NCBI GenBank assembly: GCA_043819555.1
Contig: JBDREQ010000025.1
Coordinates: forward strand, 128,001-192,000
DNA: 64,000 nt
Direction: 5' to 3'
Source of the DNA: Candidatus Zixiibacteriota bacterium
Lineage (GTDB): Bacteria > Zixibacteria > MSB-5A5 > GN15 > JAAZOE01
A program made the position numbers and the translations under genes. Under the pieces are notes generated by a model that searched no databases, was not told the origin of the DNA, and was given only the letters and a program-made list of their open reading frames with translations. Positions 38,125 to 47,157 of the stretch are shown one piece after another; position 1 is the first letter of the stretch; each line of letters begins with the position of its first letter.

Positions 38125-38854
38125 TGACGGGCGTTTGGTAAAAACCATAAAATTCAAAAATCCGCGATATATCGCCGATCCGATTAATGCCCTGAAGATT
38201 TATAACGGCAAAAAAGTCGATGAGCTGATACTTCTTGAGATTACCGCGACCCGTCAAAATCGCGAACCGTCTTATGATATCATAGAAGAAGTCGCTTCGG
38301 AATGTTTTATGCCAGTTGCCTATGGCGGCGGTATAAGAAACATCGGCGACATGAAAACGATTTATTCGCTCGGAATCGAAAAAATATCGATCAATAGTTA
38401 TGCAGTGGAAAATCCTGAGTTTATAAAAAAGGCCGCCGATTTATTTGGTTCGCAAAGCGTCATCGTTTCGATTGATGTCAAAAAGAATATGTTTGGTAAG
38501 TACCGTGTGATGACTCAAGGTGGAACTCAGAATACAAAATATGATCCATTCGAATTTACCCAAATAGCGGAAACGCATGGCGCCGGAGAATTAATTATCA
38601 ATTCTATAGATCGTGATGGAACTTTTGAAGGATACGATATCAATCTTCTGAAAAGTATCACTTCAACGGTGTCAATACCGGTAGTATCTTTGGGCGGAGC
38701 CGGATGCGTCAATGATATTGTTAAAGCTGTCATCAAAGGCGGAGCCTCAGCCGCTGCGGCCGGTAGTTTATTTGTCTATCAGGGTAAAGATATGGGGGTG
38801 TTAATCAATTTTCCTCAACGGAAAGAAATAGAAGCGGGATTAAAAAATGGATAG
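38087..38854 (+). CDS. HisF paralogue (WbuZ/AglZ-like)
   Basis: RVMPCLLL, LVKTIKF, ECFMPVAYGGGI, SIDRDGT..GYD. Confidence 0.88.
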   Translation: MLMTRVMPCLLLDDGRLVKTIKFKNPRYIADPINALKIYNGKKVDELILLEITATRQNREPSYDIIEEVASECFMPVAYGGGIRNIGDMKTIYSLGIEKISINSYAVENPEFIKKAADLFGSQSVIVSIDVKKNMFGKYRVMTQGGTQNTKYDPFEFTQIAETHGAGELIINSIDRDGTFEGYDINLLKSITSTVSIPVVSLGGAGCVNDIVKAVIKGGASAAAAGSLFVYQGKDMGVLINFPQRKEIEAGLKNG

Positions 38855-40106
38855 CAATGTGCAGGTATGCGCCCGATGTATTTACGACAAACGTATTCCC
38901 AATATAGAATTCGATAGCGAAGGGATTTGCAATTACTGCAGGGAAACTGAAGGACTGGAAATAGAATTCCCAACTGGTGAGAAGGGTTGGGAAATCCTAA
39001 AGAATATAGCGGATAGAATTAAACGCAAAGGCAGCGGGGAAAAATACGACGTCGTCGTTGGGGTCAGCGGCGGATGTGATTCATCCTATCTTTTGTATTT
39101 CGCCAAAGAAAAACTGGGACTTCGCCCATTGGCGGTTCATTTTGATAATACCTGGAATTCAAAAATGGCTGTTGAGAATATTTATCGAGTTACAAAAAAA
39201 CTGGATATTGATTTATATACTCATGTCGTTGATAATAAAGAATACAATGATATCTATAAGTCGTTTTTCAAAGCATCGGTTCCGGAAATTGATACTCCGG
39301 CCGATATTGGTTTGATAACGACATTGTATATGGCGGCGGCGAAATTTGGAATTAAATATATTATGGACGGCCATTCATTTCGCTCCGAAGGCATCTCGCC
39401 TCAGGGTTGGTTTTATATGGATGCCAGATATATTGAGAACATTCAAAGGAAATTTGGTTGTCGGAAAATCAAGACCCTGCCGTTGCTGAAATTAGGGAAA
39501 TGGATGAAATGGGCGATGGTCAATCGAATCAAAAGAATCCGGCCTTTATGGTATCTGGATTACAATAAGGCCGAAGTCAAAGACTTCCTAACCGGGGAAT
39601 ATGGCTGGCAATGGTATGGCGGCCATCACATGGAAAACCGCTCGGCTTATTTCGCCAACAATTATTATCTGCCTGAAAAATTCGAAATTGATCTGCGCTA
39701 TTGTGAATATTCGGCTCTTGTTCGTGCCGGTCAAATGAGCCGGGAAGAAGCCCTGCGGAAAATCGCCGAGGAAAAGCCATTTGACATGGATATCCTCTCA
39801 GAAATTAAAAAACGGCTGGGTTTTAGCAATGATGAATTTGATTATGTAATGAATCAGCCGAAAAAAACATTTTTGGATTACCCCACATATAAGCCGGTCT
39901 TTGAACGATACCGCTGGCTGTTTTGGATAATGTACAAGCTGGATCTGGCCCCTAAGAGCTTTTATGTCAAATACACCAAAAAACATACCGCCGAAGAAAT
40001 TCAAACGATTAGGAACATCGGAAATATTATATTGCCGTGGCATGCGATGCAAAATGTACAGATTGATAAAACGATATCTGAAACAAAAATTCCTGAATTA
40101 GCCTAA
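38847..40106 (+). CDS. N-acetyl sugar amidotransferase (WbuX/WbpG/PseA/AglX family)
   Basis: N-terminal CARC and CNYC; PP-loop YDVVVGVSGGCDSS; LRPLAVHFDNTWN; VRAGQMSREEAL. Confidence 0.88.
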   Translation: MDSNVQVCARCIYDKRIPNIEFDSEGICNYCRETEGLEIEFPTGEKGWEILKNIADRIKRKGSGEKYDVVVGVSGGCDSSYLLYFAKEKLGLRPLAVHFDNTWNSKMAVENIYRVTKKLDIDLYTHVVDNKEYNDIYKSFFKASVPEIDTPADIGLITTLYMAAAKFGIKYIMDGHSFRSEGISPQGWFYMDARYIENIQRKFGCRKIKTLPLLKLGKWMKWAMVNRIKRIRPLWYLDYNKAEVKDFLTGEYGWQWYGGHHMENRSAYFANNYYLPEKFEIDLRYCEYSALVRAGQMSREEALRKIAEEKPFDMDILSEIKKRLGFSNDEFDYVMNQPKKTFLDYPTYKPVFERYRWLFWIMYKLDLAPKSFYVKYTKKHTAEEIQTIRNIGNIILPWHAMQNVQIDKTISETKIPELA

Positions 40107-40112
40107 TAAAAA

Positions 40113-40136
40113 AAAACGCGCCGAAAGGCGCGTTTT
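40113..40136. terminator. Bidirectional terminator between convergent genes
   Basis: AAAACGCGCC-GAAA-GGCGCGTTTT, preceded by an A-run. Confidence 0.88.
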
Positions 40137-40160
40137 AGGTTTCCCCTCATTTTATATTTT

Positions 40161-41213
40161 TCATATGGCAACTAATTCATCAATATTTTTCACGGCATTG
40201 ACTGAATCCAAATATTCGGGAAGCGAACTGAAATACTGGGCCGTTCGCAAAATGCCTTCCTCAAGGTCGACGCTGGCTTCGAAACCAAATAGTTTTTTTG
40301 CCTTCACAACCGAAGGAATGCGAAGTTCGACGTCGGGGCCGGGGTGCGGAACAAACCGGATTTTTGATTTTGAATTTAAAACCCTGACGACAGTCTGGGC
40401 CAGTCCAAAAACCGTGATTACCGCGCGAGCATTGCCAATGTTAAAAGATTCACCGACCGCGTTGGGCATAGTCATTGCCAGCATCAGGCCTTCAATAAAA
40501 TCATCAATATAACACCATGCTCGAATTTGATTACCTTCACCCTGCACAAAAATATCTTCGTCTCGCAAGGAGCGTTTAATGAAAGTGGACAATGCTCCCT
40601 CGCCGACCTGTCCCGGACCATAGATATTAAACGGTCTGACCGTTACTATTGGCATGCCATATTCCTGATGAAACGCCTTAGCCATATGCTCACCGGCCAA
40701 TTTGCTGACGGCATACGTCCAACGCGCCTCTCCGACCGCGCCAATATGCGTGGTGTCGCTTTCCTCGGACCGAAAAGCCGATTGTCCAAAAACTTCACTG
40801 GTCGAAAAATAGACGAGCCGTTCCAATTCAGGAACGGTACGGGCGGCATCGAGCACTTTGGCCGTGCCAACCATATTGACTCGCATCGTCTCCGTCGGTT
40901 TTTGAATGACAGTATCAATCCCCGCTATCGCGGCGCAATGAATTACGATATGCGCGCCGTGCATCGCCTCAACCAGAGAATTATAATCCAGAATATCGCC
41001 ATTTATTATACTTAAATTTGAATGATTCGTAAATGAGCGGTCTTTGATTGAGTTACGTCGCAGGTTATCGTATATAATAATTTCGTTTTTGTCGAACAAT
41101 CGTCCTGCCAGAGTAGAGCCGATAAACCCGGCTCCCCCGGTAATTAATATTTTTTTCCCGATAATAGGAATTGCCTGACTGGATAAGTTTTTTGAATATA
41201 AATGCGGTGTCAT
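40161..41213 (-). CDS. NAD-dependent nucleotide-sugar epimerase/dehydratase
   Basis: [29 protein letters not shown]. Confidence 0.92.
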   Translation of the reverse strand: MTPHLYSKNLSSQAIPIIGKKILITGGAGFIGSTLAGRLFDKNEIIIYDNLRRNSIKDRSFTNHSNLSIINGDILDYNSLVEAMHGAHIVIHCAAIAGIDTVIQKPTETMRVNMVGTAKVLDAARTVPELERLVYFSTSEVFGQSAFRSEESDTTHIGAVGEARWTYAVSKLAGEHMAKAFHQEYGMPIVTVRPFNIYGPGQVGEGALSTFIKRSLRDEDIFVQGEGNQIRAWCYIDDFIEGLMLAMTMPNAVGESFNIGNARAVITVFGLAQTVVRVLNSKSKIRFVPHPGPDVELRIPSVVKAKKLFGFEASVDLEEGILRTAQYFSSLPEYLDSVNAVKNIDELVAI

Positions 41214-41439
41214 TAATGCTCCATTTTATTAGACTCCATAAATCCATTTATGAATTTAAGAGCAATTCGCTGTCTGCTTTAAAGTATCGGTAAATATTTT
41301 TTTCAATTCAGCGATGACAAACCAAAAATTGACAAGGTCTCATTAATAGTAGAAAGCCGATTGACTTAGGGAAAATAACTGATTAAATTGCCAGATAATG
41401 TCGATATAATAAATACTCATTACAGGGAGACCCAATTAG

Positions 41440-42702
41440 TTGGGAAATTGTATAAAAAATAACAAATCTTTAGCTACCGTACCAATAACGGCGCCATTGT
41501 TTGACGAAAATGAGGAGCGGGGAGTCTGCGAAGTTCTTCGTTCCGGATGGGTTGCTCAAGGGCCAAAAGTCGCGGAATTTGAAAAGAAGTTCGCTTCTTT
41601 CGTAAATTCACCTCATGCGATTGCGGTTTCTTCCTGTACGGCCGGGTTGCATCTGGCTCTTCGGGCCATGGGTATCGGTCCGGGGGATGAAGTCTTATTG
41701 CCATCGTTTACTTTTGTCGCAACCGCTAATTGTATCGAATATACGGGGGCCAAACCGATCTTTATCGATATTGACCCGTGGACATTCAATATCAGCCACA
41801 GAAATGTTTCGGCATATTTGAGCAAATCGAAATCGGCCGGAAAGAAAATGCCAAAAGCAATAATTCCGGTTTCGCTCTTTGGATTGTGCGCCGACATGGA
41901 ATCCATTAATGAAATCGCACAGGAATATAATCTGATCGTGATTGAAGACGCCGCCTGCGGTATGGGCGCTACTCGGGAAGGAAATCACGCCGGAACCGAA
42001 GCCGAACTGGCTGTATTCAGCTTTCATCCCCGCAAGGCAATTACAACCGGCGAGGGAGGAATGATAATCACCAAAGATATGGAGCTGGCAAATAAACTCA
42101 GAACCATGAGGAATCATGGCGCGTCCGAATCAGATATTGAGAGGCATGTGGCCGAAGGTGGTTCAATATTGCCGAACTTCAATCAACTCGGATATAACTA
42201 TAGAATGACTGATTTGCAGGCCGCTGTCGGCGTGGCGCAAATGGATAAAGTTCCAGACATTTTTGATAACCGAAGACGTGCCGCGGCGCGTTACGATTAT
42301 TTTCTTCAGGATATAAAAGGAATTGAGACGCCGTATTTGCCCAATGGATATAATCATTCCTATCAATCGTATGTTTGTATGTATAAATTCAATGCCATGA
42401 CCGGGGACCGATTTATTAATTGGGATGCAATTGAAAAATGGAATACTGAACGGAATATGATAATGAAGGGTTTGCAGGAACAAGGAATCGCAACCAGACA
42501 GGGAACCCATGCCGTCCATACTCTCGGATATTATAAAAACAAATATGGATTCGAGGAACACGATTTTCCCTACTCATATATTGCCGACAGACTGTCAATT
42601 GCCCTGCCGATTTTTCCTCAAATCACTTCCAGCCAGCAAGGATTGGTAGTCGATATTCTCAACACAATCGTTCAGGGTATCAAGAAGATCGGCGGCAGGT
42701 AA
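41440..42702 (+). CDS. DegT/DnrJ/EryC1/StrS PLP-dependent sugar aminotransferase
   Basis: SSCTAGLHL, FTFVATAN, IEDAAC, SFHPRKAITTGEGG, GYNYRMTD. Confidence 0.93.
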   Translation: MGNCIKNNKSLATVPITAPLFDENEERGVCEVLRSGWVAQGPKVAEFEKKFASFVNSPHAIAVSSCTAGLHLALRAMGIGPGDEVLLPSFTFVATANCIEYTGAKPIFIDIDPWTFNISHRNVSAYLSKSKSAGKKMPKAIIPVSLFGLCADMESINEIAQEYNLIVIEDAACGMGATREGNHAGTEAELAVFSFHPRKAITTGEGGMIITKDMELANKLRTMRNHGASESDIERHVAEGGSILPNFNQLGYNYRMTDLQAAVGVAQMDKVPDIFDNRRRAAARYDYFLQDIKGIETPYLPNGYNHSYQSYVCMYKFNAMTGDRFINWDAIEKWNTERNMIMKGLQEQGIATRQGTHAVHTLGYYKNKYGFEEHDFPYSYIADRLSIALPIFPQITSSQQGLVVDILNTIVQGIKKIGGR

Positions 42703-42838
42703 ATATTATTTTGGTCAGTAAATTGGAATTTCCCGCCGTTAATCGGGCCTTCTCTCACCGATCAAGATTTCCCTTGACAATTCCGATATTTTAATGTAAA
42801 TATACAGGCTTAATGATTGAGGTATCATATTGATTTGT

Positions 42839-42915
42839 GGGCGATTAGCTCAGTTGGTTAGAGTACTTGCTTGACATGCAAGGGGTCACTGGTTCAATTC
42901 CAGTATCGCCCACCA
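42839..42915 (+). tRNA. tRNA-Val(GAC)
   Basis: Cloverleaf with acceptor GGGCGAT/ATCGCCC, anticodon arm CTTGC-TTGACAT-GCAAG, T-loop GGTTCAATTCC and encoded CCA. Confidence 0.96.
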
Positions 42916-42957
42916 TAAAAGTTTAAACCCTTAATTGTAAAGGGTTTTATTTTTGAT

Positions 42958-44916
42958 ATGGCTGACATTAATATAAAATTGCCGGATGACAGCGAAAAAA
43001 TATTTCCCATCGGGATTACTGGACTTGAGATTGCAAAATCTATATCCGGGCGTCTGGGTAAAGAGGCGCTGGCTATAAGAGTCAACGGTGAAATCATTGA
43101 TTTGATGAGGCCGATTGAATCTGATTCCGAAGTTCAGATATTAACCTGGAATGACAGAGAAGGGAAATATGTTTTCTGGCATAGCTCGGCTCATATTATG
43201 GCCCAGGCAGTTTTGGAATTATTCCCCGATGCCAAACTTGCGATTGGTCCGCCAATTGACGAAGGCTTCTATTACGATTTCGATGTGGAAAAGCCTTTTT
43301 CACCTGAGGATTTGGAAAAAATTGAGAAGAAAATGGTGGAAATTATTTCCGAAAACGCGACTTTCAGTCGTGAAATATGTAATCGTGATGAAGCTCTTGA
43401 AAAATACAAAAAGCAGGGGGATATATACAAAGCCGAATTAATTGAAGAGTTGCCTCCCGGTGAGGAAGTCACAATCTATAAACATTCACGCTTTGAGGAT
43501 ATGTGTCGCGGCCCTCATATCCCGTCGACCGGTATTATTAAGGCTTTTAAACTTTTGTCATCATCCGGAGCTTATTGGCGTGGTTCGGAAGAAAATAAAA
43601 TGCTCCAGAGGATATACGGGGTAACTTATCCCCAGAAGAAATTGCTCACCGAATTCCTCGAAAAATTGGCTGAGGCCGAAAAAAGGGATCATCGCAAGCT
43701 GGGGAAGCAGCTTGAATTATATATGATTTCCGAGGAAACCGGCCCCGGATTGGTTCTCTGGCTTCCTCGCGGTTCAGTTGTCAGGAATGAGATTGAAAAT
43801 TTCTGGCGGGAAGAGCATTACAAACATGGTTATGAACTTGTTTTTTCACCTCATATAGCTAACCTGGATTTATGGCACCGCAGCGGACATACCGATTTTT
43901 ACAGTGAAGATATGTATCACCCGATGGAAATTGATAAGGCCAGTTACCAAATCAAGCCGATGAACTGCCCTTTTCATATTACGATGTACGCATCCCGGAG
44001 GCGTTCTTATCGAGAATTACCATTGAGATGGGCCGAACTGGGCACGGTTTACCGTTATGAACGGGCCGGTGTTTTGCATGGATTGATGAGGGTGCGGGGC
44101 TTTACCCAGGATGATGCTCATATATTCTGCAAACCCGAGCAGATGGAAGAGGAACTTATTCGTCTCCTGAATTTTTCACTGCATATTTTGCGTTCATTTG
44201 GATTTACCGATTATGATACCTATTTATCAACCATGCCGGAAAAAGCGATTGGCGACCCAAAAGACTGGGAAGCGGCTCAAAATGGCTTGCGCCGGGCGCT
44301 GGAGTTTCATAAATTAGAATATGAGATCGATGAAGGCGGCGGCGCTTTCTACGGTCCGAAAATAGACTTGAAAATCAAGGATACGTTGGGTCGTCCCTGG
44401 CAATGCACTACCATTCAGTTTGATTTTACTCAACCCGAACGGTTTAATCTAACGTATATTGACAGTGACGGTGAACGCAAGCGGCCGCTAATGATCCATC
44501 GAGCGCTTTTGGGTTCTTTGGAAAGATTTTTCGGTACCTTGATTGAGCATTACGCCGGAGATTTTCCACTGTGGTTGTCGCCGGAACATGCCCGTATTTT
44601 ACCGGTTACCGACCGGGCTCTTGCCTATGCGAATGAATTGAAAAATAAATTTCGCGAAAAGAATCTTAGGATTTCGGTTGACGATCGTTCGGAGAAAATT
44701 GGATATAAAATTAGAGAAGCGGAATTATCAAAGATTCCGATAATGATGATTATTGGCGACCGTGAGGCTGATTCCAATACCGTATCTGTACGAAGGCGCG
44801 GACTCGGTGATCTGGGAGAAATGAACGCCGACGATTTACTCGCGGGTATGCTGAGTGAAGTAAACGAACGATTTAATACTCCGCAAGTTGGTAAAAAGAA
44901 GGAGGAAGCAGTATAA
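42958..44916 (+). CDS. thrS: Threonyl-tRNA synthetase
   Basis: HSSAH, CRGPH, RDHRKLG, KPMNCP, RVRGFTQDDAH, AFYGPKID. Confidence 0.97.
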   Translation: MADINIKLPDDSEKIFPIGITGLEIAKSISGRLGKEALAIRVNGEIIDLMRPIESDSEVQILTWNDREGKYVFWHSSAHIMAQAVLELFPDAKLAIGPPIDEGFYYDFDVEKPFSPEDLEKIEKKMVEIISENATFSREICNRDEALEKYKKQGDIYKAELIEELPPGEEVTIYKHSRFEDMCRGPHIPSTGIIKAFKLLSSSGAYWRGSEENKMLQRIYGVTYPQKKLLTEFLEKLAEAEKRDHRKLGKQLELYMISEETGPGLVLWLPRGSVVRNEIENFWREEHYKHGYELVFSPHIANLDLWHRSGHTDFYSEDMYHPMEIDKASYQIKPMNCPFHITMYASRRRSYRELPLRWAELGTVYRYERAGVLHGLMRVRGFTQDDAHIFCKPEQMEEELIRLLNFSLHILRSFGFTDYDTYLSTMPEKAIGDPKDWEAAQNGLRRALEFHKLEYEIDEGGGAFYGPKIDLKIKDTLGRPWQCTTIQFDFTQPERFNLTYIDSDGERKRPLMIHRALLGSLERFFGTLIEHYAGDFPLWLSPEHARILPVTDRALAYANELKNKFREKNLRISVDDRSEKIGYKIREAELSKIPIMMIIGDREADSNTVSVRRRGLGDLGEMNADDLLAGMLSEVNERFNTPQVGKKKEEAV

Positions 44917-45521
44917 AGAATCAGGAAATTCGGGTTAATGAGCGTATCCGTGTTTCACCTATTAGACTTATAGGCCCGGATAGTGAACAGGTAGGCATAA
45001 TTCCTACCGCCGAAGCTCTTGAGAGAGCCCGAGAAGCCGGTCTGGATCTGGTGGAAGTTTCACCAACGGCTCGGCCGCCGGTTTGCCGCATATTGGATTA
45101 TGGAAAATACAAATACAACCTGGCAAAAAAAGCGGCGGATTCAAAAAAGAAGCAGCATTCGATAAGTATTAAAGGGATGAGGTATCGTCCGAAAACCGAA
45201 GAACATGATTACCAGTTTAAATTAAAACATGTTCGCTCATTTTTGGGACAGGGAAACAAAGTTAAGTGCTTTGTATTATTCCGAGGCCGTGAAAAGGCGC
45301 ATACCGAATTTGGCAGAAGAATTCTCGATCGTCTTGTCGAAGATTTGCAGGATATCGCGATCGTTGAATCCATGCCCCAAATGGAAGGCCACAGCATGAA
45401 TATGCTAGTGGCGCCCTTGACCGGACAGAATAGGAAAAAAGATAAGGGCCGCGAAAAGAAAGAAGAAGTAAAACAACAGCCCGTTCCTCAAGAGACGGCC
45501 TTAGAAAATAAAAAAGAATAA
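44913..45521 (+). CDS. infC: Translation initiation factor IF-3 with non-canonical ATA start
   Basis: The frame extends upstream of 45051 through RVNERIR...GLDLVEV to ATA at 44913, 7 nt after GGAGG; DYGKYKY and FRGRE present. Confidence 0.92.
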   Translation: MKNQEIRVNERIRVSPIRLIGPDSEQVGIIPTAEALERAREAGLDLVEVSPTARPPVCRILDYGKYKYNLAKKAADSKKKQHSISIKGMRYRPKTEEHDYQFKLKHVRSFLGQGNKVKCFVLFRGREKAHTEFGRRILDRLVEDLQDIAIVESMPQMEGHSMNMLVAPLTGQNRKKDKGREKKEEVKQQPVPQETALENKKE

Positions 45522-45551
45522 ATCCGGAAATTAAGTTAGACGGAGATACAG

Positions 45552-45746
45552 ATGCCAAAAATGAAAACAAATCGGTCCGCAGCCAAGCGGATCAAAAAAA
45601 CCGGAACTGGAAAGATGAGGCGATTTCATTCAAAACATCGTCATATTTTAACCAAAAAAACCCGGAAACTGAAACGCAAACTTCGCTCAGCGACTTTACT
45701 CGCCAAATCTGATAAACATCAGATGAGCGTCATGTTGCCATATTAA
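45552..45746 (+). CDS. rpmI: 50S ribosomal protein L35
   Basis: MPKMKTNRSAAKR..KTGTGK; follows infC. Confidence 0.96.
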   Translation: MPKMKTNRSAAKRIKKTGTGKMRRFHSKHRHILTKKTRKLKRKLRSATLLAKSDKHQMSVMLPY

Positions 45747-45783
45747 AAACAGGATTCAGTTGTAATTATCAGGAGAAGATCAA

Positions 45784-46131
45784 ATGCCAAGGTCGAAAAA
45801 TAACGTCGCCGCCAAGGCTCGACATAAAAAGGTATTGAAGAAAGCCCGCGGATATTATGGCGGTCGCAGCCGCTTATATCGTACAGCAATCGAATCTGTA
45901 CATCGCGGTTTAAAATTTGCTTTTCGGGATCGACGCCGTAAAAAACGCGAATTTCGCAGACTCTGGATCACACGCATTTCAGCCGCGGCCAAAATGTGTA
46001 ATATTAATTACTCAACTTTTATGAATGGATTGAAAAAATCAGGCATAAACCTCGATCGTAAATCACTGGCTGATATTGCGGCGAGAGATATGAGTACTTT
46101 TGAACGTCTGGTAGATATGACCAGGGCCTGA
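45784..46131 (+). CDS. rplT: 50S ribosomal protein L20
   Basis: ARGYYGGRS, RDRRRKKREFRRLWITRI. Confidence 0.97.
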   Translation: MPRSKNNVAAKARHKKVLKKARGYYGGRSRLYRTAIESVHRGLKFAFRDRRRKKREFRRLWITRISAAAKMCNINYSTFMNGLKKSGINLDRKSLADIAARDMSTFERLVDMTRA

Positions 46132-46136
46132 TTTCG

Positions 46137-47153
46137 ATGGAAATCATAAGACAACTTGAAAAGGTTGAAATCGAAGCCGTTGGAAAAATTAACGCGGCCG
46201 ATTCACTCGAATCAATTGAGAAAATTCGGGTAACCTTTTTGGGTAAAAAGGGCGAGCTGACATCAATTCTGCGCGGCCTGAAAAACCTCTCAGCGGAAGA
46301 AAAACGAGAGGTCGGCGGTAGTGCGAACAAAGTCAAATCCAATCTTGAGACATTAATTAAAAACAAAAAAGAAGAGTTAATGGAAAGTGACGACGGCGGA
46401 CCATCATTGGATTACACTCTTCCGGGTCGTCCATATCATTCCGGGCACCGACATCTGATTACACTCGTCCTTGACGAAATTTGTGGCATTTTTCAGCGTA
46501 TGGGTTTTGAGATCGCTTCCGGCCCGGAAATTGAAAATGACTATTATAATTTTGAAGCGCTGAATTTTCCACCTGATCATCCCGCCCGCGATGAACAGGA
46601 TACATTTTATGTTGAAGGTGATCTTCTGCTGAGAACTCATACCTCCAATGTTCAGATACGCGAATTCGAAAAGCGAAAACCGCCGGTTAAGATAATCGCT
46701 CCCGGTCGAGTCTTTCGCAACGAAGCAGTCAACGCTCGAAGTTTTTGTGTTTTTCACCAGGTTGAGGGTTTTCTGGTTGATACCGACGTCTCTTTCGGAG
46801 ATTTAAAAGGCGTTCTGGAAGCATTCTGTTATGAGTTTTTTAAAGAAGGCGTCAGACTGAGATTCAGACCCAGCTTTTTTCCATTTACCGAACCATCGGC
46901 TGAGGTCGATGTTGAATGTATTCTTTGCAAGGGAAAAGGATGTACTTTATGCAAATACGAAGGATGGCTTGAGATTTTGGGATGCGGAATGATTGATCCC
47001 GAAGTTTTCAAGGCTGTTAAATATGATTCGGAAAAATATACGGGTTATGCTTTTGGGATGGGAATCGAGCGCATTGCCCTTTTGAAATATCGTGTCAATG
47101 ATATTCGGCTTCTTTACGAAAACGATATCAGGTTTATTAGACAATTCCGTTAA
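46137..47153 (+). CDS. pheS: Phenylalanyl-tRNA synthetase alpha subunit
   Basis: HPARDEQDTF, LRTHTS, FHQVEG, FPFTEPS, AFGMGIER. Confidence 0.97.
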   Translation: MEIIRQLEKVEIEAVGKINAADSLESIEKIRVTFLGKKGELTSILRGLKNLSAEEKREVGGSANKVKSNLETLIKNKKEELMESDDGGPSLDYTLPGRPYHSGHRHLITLVLDEICGIFQRMGFEIASGPEIENDYYNFEALNFPPDHPARDEQDTFYVEGDLLLRTHTSNVQIREFEKRKPPVKIIAPGRVFRNEAVNARSFCVFHQVEGFLVDTDVSFGDLKGVLEAFCYEFFKEGVRLRFRPSFFPFTEPSAEVDVECILCKGKGCTLCKYEGWLEILGCGMIDPEVFKAVKYDSEKYTGYAFGMGIERIALLKYRVNDIRLLYENDIRFIRQFR

Positions 47154-47157
47154 TATT

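Noticed and set aside
37474..38854. Histidine biosynthesis operon
   Set aside because: No other his genes are nearby; coupling to a sugar amidotransferase indicates glycan-modifying paralogues.
42839..42915. tRNA as an integration site for the glycan genes
   Set aside because: No integrase or duplicated tRNA 3' end was seen, and the glycan genes lie 5' of the tRNA.
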